From an uncultured Thermoplasmata archaeon (GTDB lineage Archaea; Thermoplasmatota; Thermoplasmata; RBG-16-68-12): DNA of 64,000 nucleotides. How positions within the stretch are numbered: position 1 is the first letter of the stretch; every line of letters starts with the position of its first letter. Location: contig CAVYJM010000008.1 in the NCBI GenBank assembly GCA_963768855.1, positions 1 through 64,000 of the forward strand, given 5' to 3'. This document shows positions 57,847 to 64,000 of the stretch, piece by piece. A program made the translations under genes and the position numbers. The notes below the pieces were generated by a model. It was not told the origin of the DNA, made no database searches, and was given only the letters and a program-made list of their open reading frames with translations.

Positions 57847-59140
57847 GGTGGAGAATCTCACTTTGACTTTCCCAACGATTCGTGGCAAGGCCAGAGTGCT
57901 GGAGGACGTCGCCTTCGAGATGCATGAAGGCGAAACCCTCGGTCTCGTCGGCGAGACTGGTTGTGGCAAGAGCGTGACAGCCAAGACCATACTGGGTTTA
58001 GTGGACCGACCCCCGGCAGAACTGCACAGGGGACGCGTCTGGTACTACTCCCGAGCCGACGACACGGCTCAGCTGCTCCGAACCAACCTGCTCGCGCTTC
58101 CTGAGCCGGAGCTGGTCAAGATCCGAGGGAACGTGATTTCGATGGTCTTTCAAGATCCTATGACCTCTCTCGACCCGGTTCTGAAAGTCGCAGACCAGAT
58201 TGCTGAGTCCTTCATGATACACAGGAGGGGGGACCTGCTTCAAGCGGTCATGAATCGGGCAGCAAACACAATCAAGTTGCTAGACGCGAAGGACGCCCCT
58301 CAGCGCAATTGGAATGAAGATGGATGGGAGTGTTCTCGTTGCAGGAAGCCCGTCCGTCGAGAAGCCAGCTTCTGTAGGGAGTGCAACTCCTACTTCCGCA
58401 ATCGGCACTCATCATGGTTGTTCAGACTCAGACTCAGTTACCTGCGGGGAATCTGCCGCAGGACTCTCGCTCGAGACAACTGGGCTGCTCGGTTGTTGCA
58501 GCGCATGCCTTCTGTGGACTACCTCGGTCGGCTGGAGGATGAAGCAAGAGAGCGCAGCATTGAACTGATTCATAGCGTTCGGATGCCGGACGCCGACAAA
58601 GTGGCAGATTCCTACCCCTTCGAGTTGAGTGGGGGAATGCAGCAACGTGTGGCGATAGCCATGGCTCTTGCCTGCCGTCCCTCACTTCTCATCGCAGATG
58701 AGCCAACGACTGCACTCGACGTGACCATCCAGGCGCAAATACTGAAGCTAATCTCTGATTTGAAGCAAGCGCTCGGCATGTCCGTCCTCCTGATAACCCA
58801 CAATCTCGGCATCGTTGCTGAGCAATGTGATCGCGTTGCGGTAATGTACGCCGGCTCGATAGCCGAAATCGCAGACGTGCAGTCAATATTCAAGAGCCCA
58901 CTACACCCATACACCAAGGGCCTCATTCAATCCATACCGATTCCCGGTCAACGTAAGGAAGAACTAGTCGTCATCCCGGGAAGGCTGCCGGACCCTGTCA
59001 ACCCGCCGAGCGGGTGCAGGTTCCGCACCCGCTGCGCCCATGCCTTTGAAAAGTGTGCAAGTGAGGTCCCAAGACTGACTCAGCTGGAGCCGGGGCACTA
59101 CATCGCTTGCCATCTGTATGAATCAGGGGAGCCAACATGA
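57827..59140 (+). CDS. oppD: Peptide ABC ATP-binding protein with ~100-aa zinc-ribbon insertion
   Basis: [29 protein letters not shown]; the insert contains CSRC-x10-CREC. Confidence 0.93.
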   Translation: MGRLLLKVENLTLTFPTIRGKARVLEDVAFEMHEGETLGLVGETGCGKSVTAKTILGLVDRPPAELHRGRVWYYSRADDTAQLLRTNLLALPEPELVKIRGNVISMVFQDPMTSLDPVLKVADQIAESFMIHRRGDLLQAVMNRAANTIKLLDAKDAPQRNWNEDGWECSRCRKPVRREASFCRECNSYFRNRHSSWLFRLRLSYLRGICRRTLARDNWAARLLQRMPSVDYLGRLEDEARERSIELIHSVRMPDADKVADSYPFELSGGMQQRVAIAMALACRPSLLIADEPTTALDVTIQAQILKLISDLKQALGMSVLLITHNLGIVAEQCDRVAVMYAGSIAEIADVQSIFKSPLHPYTKGLIQSIPIPGQRKEELVVIPGRLPDPVNPPSGCRFRTRCAHAFEKCASEVPRLTQLEPGHYIACHLYESGEPT

Positions 59141-60180
59141 GTCGGGACGTACTGGCGACTCGACGACTAGTCAAGCACTTCATGAGGCGACGAGGCTTTG
59201 GTAAAGGGGCCGTCCGGAGCATACATGCGGTCGATGATGTCTCTCTCGAGATTGAGTCGGGCTCCACCTTGGGACTTGTTGGTGAAAGTGGGAGTGGGAA
59301 GACTACGGTAGGCAGGCTGCTGCTTCATCTAGTGGAGCCGACTTCTGGGGAGATTTACTTCGACATTCCTGCAGACGAGTTGGCTGAGATTGACCGGTCA
59401 TCAACAACCCGGGGATCAGAAACCCGTCTTCGGGAATTGCAGACGAAGTACGGGGTGGGAAAATCGTCAGCGGCTCTAAAACGATTGAGACGCAAGGCCC
59501 AGATGGTTTTCCAGGACCCATTCTCGTCCTTGGATCCGCGAATGCTTGTCCGTGACATTGTGGCCGAGCCCCTGGTGGCACTGAACCTGGCACGTGGCTC
59601 CGAGCTGGAGGACAGGGTGGGCGGAGTCCTGGACAAGGTGGGGCTTTCGCAAGATGATCTCTTCCGCTTCCCCCACGAATTCAGCGGTGGACAGAGGCAG
59701 CGAATCGGGCTTGCGAGAGCACTCGTCCCGGATCCGACGTTCATTGTGCTCGACGAGCCGACCAGCGCCCTGGACGTATCCGTGCAAGCCCAAATCCTCA
59801 ACCTTCTTCGTCGGCTGCAGAAATCCGCTGGGCTCTCTTACTTGTTCATCTCACATGACTTGAGCGTTGTCGACCACATGGCCGATCGCGTTGCTGTGAT
59901 GTACGCTGGTGAAATCGTAGAGATTGCTGACAAGGAGCCATTCTTCGCCAAACCCCTCCATCCTTACAGTGAACTCCTACTAGCCGCCGTGCCACGGCCG
60001 GACCCAGAACGAAAAACCGCCCGAGCCGTGGCGTCGGGTGATGTACCGAGCGCCGAAAATCCGCCGCCCGGCTGCCGATTTCATCCGCGTTGTCCGTACG
60101 CAGTTGAAATCTGTCGCCGCTTGAAGCCGCCCCTCGAGGACAAGGGAAATCGACACCTGGTGGCTTGTCACCTCCGTTGA
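59137..60180 (+). CDS. oppF: Peptide ABC ATP-binding protein
   Basis: GESGSGKT, FSGGQRQR, LDEPTSALD; ~30-aa insert after Walker A. Confidence 0.95.
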   Translation: MSRDVLATRRLVKHFMRRRGFGKGAVRSIHAVDDVSLEIESGSTLGLVGESGSGKTTVGRLLLHLVEPTSGEIYFDIPADELAEIDRSSTTRGSETRLRELQTKYGVGKSSAALKRLRRKAQMVFQDPFSSLDPRMLVRDIVAEPLVALNLARGSELEDRVGGVLDKVGLSQDDLFRFPHEFSGGQRQRIGLARALVPDPTFIVLDEPTSALDVSVQAQILNLLRRLQKSAGLSYLFISHDLSVVDHMADRVAVMYAGEIVEIADKEPFFAKPLHPYSELLLAAVPRPDPERKTARAVASGDVPSAENPPPGCRFHPRCPYAVEICRRLKPPLEDKGNRHLVACHLR

Positions 60181-60200
60181 TCAGAGAGCCTTCGGTCCGT

Positions 60201-62636
60201 TCACCCCTTGGATAGGCTGTAGAACAGCGGCGCCGCACGGAGCGGCTGGTAGTAGTAACCATGGACCCACGGTGCAGCTGCGTCTAGAGCCAGCGTGTAG
60301 TCAACCCATACATACCAAGCCAGCTGGTAGAGCCGGTATTGGATGTCCCCATAGAGTTTCGATTGGACGGCTGGGTTCGTCGCGTTGAGTGCTTGGTCGA
60401 GCAACGGGTCAAGGGTGTTTGGTACACCCATGAACTTCGCGATGAACGCCTGGGAATACGACTCCTCTCCCAACCACGTGTACGCGTCAGCGTATTCCGG
60501 GTACATGGTCGTCGACATCACGGCATAACCCCAGCTCGTCCACTTGCTGAAGAAGGCGGAAAGAGCCAGCTCCTGGACATTGATGTGGATTCCGGGGTTA
60601 ATCGATTCAAGGTTGTCCTTCAGGTTGAGCAAGATCGACGTGTAAGCCGGAAAGCCCTGGAGATCGATCGCGGTCAGGGTGAATCCCTTATCCCACCACG
60701 AGGTGCCACCGGGCGCTATCGCTAGCTTGAGCTCTTGTTCGGCCTTCGCCAAATCGAGATCGTAGGTCGGGACAGATGCGTTGTAACCGAACACAATCGG
60801 AGGCAATGGTCCCACGGATTCAATGGCCTGACCTGCTCTCGCGCTCTGAATGACGGCCGTCCTATTGAGCGCGTAGTTGAACGCTAGCCTTACGTGGATG
60901 TCCTGGAAGAAGTTCGAGGGCACGTTATCGGTTGCGGGTACCTCCGCGAGGTTGATGTTCTGGTTCAGCTGTATCTTCGCGGTCTCTGAAAGGGACGGGT
61001 TCCCCGAGATCACTGTATATCCAGAGCTACGCAGGGCACGGACAGTCGCATATTGAGCGAGATCTTGCCGGAAATAGCTCGAATCGGCCGTTCCACCTTG
61101 GAGAGCTAGAAGACGTGTGTTGAATTCACTCGCGAGGGCTAGGACAACAGTCTTGATTGACGCGGGCTTTCGCCAGTAGCCATCGAATCGTACAAGTGTG
61201 ATGGATTGACCATGCTGCCACGCGCTGAATTGGTATGGGCCGGTCCCGCACATGTGGGAGTCCATGAACGGATCGTCCCGTCCCCCCCAGCCCGTTGCGT
61301 TCGCCCCGTTGTCGTAGGAGAGGTTGCTCCCCGGAACACGGGGATCCCATCCGCCGTTCCCAGTAACATATGCCTCGCTCAGGACGCCGAAGCCTCCGAA
61401 GGTGAGCAGTTTTAGGAAGGGCGCAAACGTCCGCGTCAGATGGAATACGACGGTGTATTGATCGACAACCTCAATGCTCTTATTGTTCATAACTTGCAGA
61501 AGCTCCCAAGCTGGCCCGTCGGGGAGGTTCATAGTTGTGGAGCGATCGAAACTGTACTTGACGTCGTTGGCGGTGAGCTGGCCACCGCATTGGAACTGCA
61601 CGCCCTGCCTGATGTGGAACGTGTAGTTCCTGCCGTCCGGGCTAATTCCACCATTGGCAATCGTGGGGACCCCTGTGGCCAAGACGGGGACGAGCGTGTT
61701 CACGTCATCGCGGTCATAGGTGATGAGATGTTCATAGACGTTGTCGAACAAGTTGTTGAAGGTCGGCCATGAATAATCATGTGCAGGGTCCAGATATGAG
61801 GGCTCGTTTGGCAGGTCCATGGTGTAGAGGTCTGGGTTCGGGACCGTTCCGGTGTATGCAGGTTCAGGCTCCAGAATCCTGATGGTGTTGATGGCGGTGT
61901 CCGTCAGCCCGGTTGTTGAGCTCGTCACTTTCAGTTTGACAGGATAGTTTCCCGGTTGGGTGAAATTCCATGTGGGGTTTGGCGATGAGGAATCGCTGGT
62001 CGAGCCCCCGGTGAAGCTCCAGCTGTACGACAAGGCCGGCACGTTGAGGCCCACTAGATTCCCGGCCACACTGGTCCACTGCCATGAGGACGTCGCGTCG
62101 AAGGACACAGTCGTCCCCACAGGCCGCGCGTTACCATCGGAGTAAATCACCGCAACCGGTGGGCTGGTAGTAGCCTGTGGCGGATCGACCGAGAGGATCT
62201 CGATGTACGACAGGTATACATCGTTGTTTGCCGTCGCCCCAAGGTTGTCCGTTAGGTGAAGTGTCACCACGTAATGGCCGTGGAGCGAGTAGCTGTGCGT
62301 CGTCGTGGCTCCAGTCCCCTGGGTACCATCTCCGAAGTCCCAGGCATATGTGGTGATACTTCCGTCGAGGTCCCAGGACCTCGTGGCGTCGAATTGTATC
62401 GGAGTATTCGGATAGGTGGTTGTCGCTGAGGCAGACGCGACGGTAATCGGAGGAGTCCCCGTTCCCGCCTTGGGCAGATTCAAGTAGTACCATGTGCCCG
62501 CGACCACCAGGACAAGGGCTATCACAACAACGGCCACCATGATCCAGCGTCGGCTGCCTTTCTTAGGCGGGGTAGGCTGGACCTCTTTCGCTTCTTCTGT
62601 CACTACCTCTGTACGCCCCGATGGAACCGGTTCCAT
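60201..62636 (-). CDS. oppA: Family 5 ABC substrate-binding protein with N-terminal TM anchor and two PKD domains
   Basis: TM WIMVAVVVIALVLVV; PKD motifs FDA..S.D.DG.I..YAWDFGDG and YSWSF.G..F..PG.Y.V.L.V; YLDPA, CGTGPY, VRLAFNYALNR. Confidence 0.92.
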   Translation of the reverse strand: MEPVPSGRTEVVTEEAKEVQPTPPKKGSRRWIMVAVVVIALVLVVAGTWYYLNLPKAGTGTPPITVASASATTTYPNTPIQFDATRSWDLDGSITTYAWDFGDGTQGTGATTTHSYSLHGHYVVTLHLTDNLGATANNDVYLSYIEILSVDPPQATTSPPVAVIYSDGNARPVGTTVSFDATSSWQWTSVAGNLVGLNVPALSYSWSFTGGSTSDSSSPNPTWNFTQPGNYPVKLKVTSSTTGLTDTAINTIRILEPEPAYTGTVPNPDLYTMDLPNEPSYLDPAHDYSWPTFNNLFDNVYEHLITYDRDDVNTLVPVLATGVPTIANGGISPDGRNYTFHIRQGVQFQCGGQLTANDVKYSFDRSTTMNLPDGPAWELLQVMNNKSIEVVDQYTVVFHLTRTFAPFLKLLTFGGFGVLSEAYVTGNGGWDPRVPGSNLSYDNGANATGWGGRDDPFMDSHMCGTGPYQFSAWQHGQSITLVRFDGYWRKPASIKTVVLALASEFNTRLLALQGGTADSSYFRQDLAQYATVRALRSSGYTVISGNPSLSETAKIQLNQNINLAEVPATDNVPSNFFQDIHVRLAFNYALNRTAVIQSARAGQAIESVGPLPPIVFGYNASVPTYDLDLAKAEQELKLAIAPGGTSWWDKGFTLTAIDLQGFPAYTSILLNLKDNLESINPGIHINVQELALSAFFSKWTSWGYAVMSTTMYPEYADAYTWLGEESYSQAFIAKFMGVPNTLDPLLDQALNATNPAVQSKLYGDIQYRLYQLAWYVWVDYTLALDAAAPWVHGYYYQPLRAAPLFYSLSKG

Positions 62637-62768
62637 AGTGGGTTCTCCTCCGAACCGCGCGGACCGCTTGCGTATAGCCGAGCTCCTGATAAGAACAATG
62701 AGGCGGCATTGGCCGGCTGGCATTCGCCGACCAAAACGTCTAGTCAACCTCAGAAGATCGGGTATGCG

Positions 62769-63992
62769 ATGGCCATCGGCCACGCCGCAGCTGGCTCGCC
62801 AATTTCTCGCAGAGCGAGTTCGCTCGCAGATTCTATGATCCGAGAAATGACCGAGCTTTGCGACCAATGTGGAGGCATCAATTTGGCAAGGGGGTACCCC
62901 GATGAACCCACTCCCACGGCGCTTCGGAGGGCAGCGACTGACGCCATTCGTGACGGTTCCAACCAGTACTCGCCATCGGGTGGCCTGCCGGAGCTCCAAG
63001 ATGCATTGGCCCAAAAGCTTGATTGTTTCAATCACGTAGACGTGGACCCACGGACGGGACTCGTCATCACCTGTGGCGCCACCGAGGCTCTTGCTTGCGC
63101 CATTCTTGCAGTCGTAGATCCGGCCAAAGAAGTAGTCGTGTTCGAACCGTCCTACGAGGATTTTGTCCCATGTGTTCTCATGGCGGGCGGGATTCCCGCC
63201 TGTATTCCACAGCGGGACAACTGGTGGTTGCCCGAGGAATCCATCAAAGAGGCAATTGGGCCCCGAACGAAAGCCATCATCATCAACTCACCACAAAATC
63301 CAAATGGCAAGGTGTACAGACTCGACGAATTACGACTCCTTGCCGACCTGTGCATTGACTATGATCTGACAGCGATTTCTGACGAAACCTATGAGTGCTT
63401 CACGTATGATGGAACCAGCCACCTGAGTCTAGGCTCGGTTGAGGAAATGGGTAGAAGAACCCTAACAATCGGCTCATTCTCCAAGACTTACTCTGCAACA
63501 GGATGGCGCGTCGGCTATGTGGCTGGCCCCGACGAAATCGTGAAGGGTGTTCGGAGGATACACGACTACCTCACTTTGGCGGCCCCGACCCCATTTCAGT
63601 GGGCCATTGCCTGCGCACTTCGCGATCAAGAGGCACGGTGTGAGCGCGTCGCGAGAACATACGCTGTCAAACGCCGAATACTCTGTGACGCACTTCGCGC
63701 ATGCGGATTCAAATTCCACAATCCTGAAGGGGCCTTCTATGTACTGGCCGATTTTTCAGACATCGCAGCTTGCGATGACAAGGACTTTGCGCTGAGACTC
63801 CTCGATTCCGTCGGAATCGCGACGGTGCCTGGGCGGTCTTTCTATTCGAATCCACGGCGAGGTCGCAATAAGGTCCGCTTCTCATTTTGTAAGAGCGGGG
63901 TTACGCTGCGCGAATGTGCCCGAAGACTCGGGGGTTTCCACTCAAATTCACGTCCCAGGGGGAAGAGCCTGAAGTATGGTCAGACCGGGTGA
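62769..63992 (+). CDS. PLP-dependent aminotransferase class I/II (methionine/kynurenine aminotransferase-like)
   Basis: SMIREMT..INLA.GYPD, NQY, GATEAL, NSPQNPNGKV, SDETYE, SFSKTYSATGWRVG, VRFSFCK. Confidence 0.92.
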   Translation: MAIGHAAAGSPISRRASSLADSMIREMTELCDQCGGINLARGYPDEPTPTALRRAATDAIRDGSNQYSPSGGLPELQDALAQKLDCFNHVDVDPRTGLVITCGATEALACAILAVVDPAKEVVVFEPSYEDFVPCVLMAGGIPACIPQRDNWWLPEESIKEAIGPRTKAIIINSPQNPNGKVYRLDELRLLADLCIDYDLTAISDETYECFTYDGTSHLSLGSVEEMGRRTLTIGSFSKTYSATGWRVGYVAGPDEIVKGVRRIHDYLTLAAPTPFQWAIACALRDQEARCERVARTYAVKRRILCDALRACGFKFHNPEGAFYVLADFSDIAACDDKDFALRLLDSVGIATVPGRSFYSNPRRGRNKVRFSFCKSGVTLRECARRLGGFHSNSRPRGKSLKYGQTG

Positions 63993-64000
63993 TACCGTGC

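Overview
GC-rich archaeal chromosome window. It is most likely Thermoplasmatota, which I infer from gene style and content. Core blocks are rpo7-spt4-DUF359-rps24e-rps27ae, pus10-rpl21e-rpo4-DUF655, alba, Sec61beta, apgM, a K+-independent H+-PPase, a P3A-type H+-ATPase, an acyl-CoA ligase, PLP aminotransferases, an nre-NUDIX-radical SAM cluster, a multi-PAS/GAF histidine kinase and tRNA-Arg(CCG). Three accessory regions interrupt the core. (1) About 1-7400 holds small genes, pseudogenes and a short dispersed repeat. (2) About 23860-28970 is a decayed island starting with a tyrosine-integrase relic at the tRNA 3' end. (3) About 52200-64000 is a lower-GC island carrying two regulators, a second Opp/Dpp ABC system and an aminotransferase. 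The most unusual signals are a three-unit ~150-nt hairpin repeat array at the edge of island 3, with a fourth hairpin copy at 16.1 kb; two paralogous FYVE-like zinc-finger proteins 49 kb apart that share a 21-nt upstream motif at identical spacing; a zinc-ribbon insertion inside an OppD ATPase; and a putative Nre/NUDIX/SPL-like repair operon. No CRISPR array, rRNA or intact transposase was seen. All product calls come from motif recognition by eye, not from database searches.
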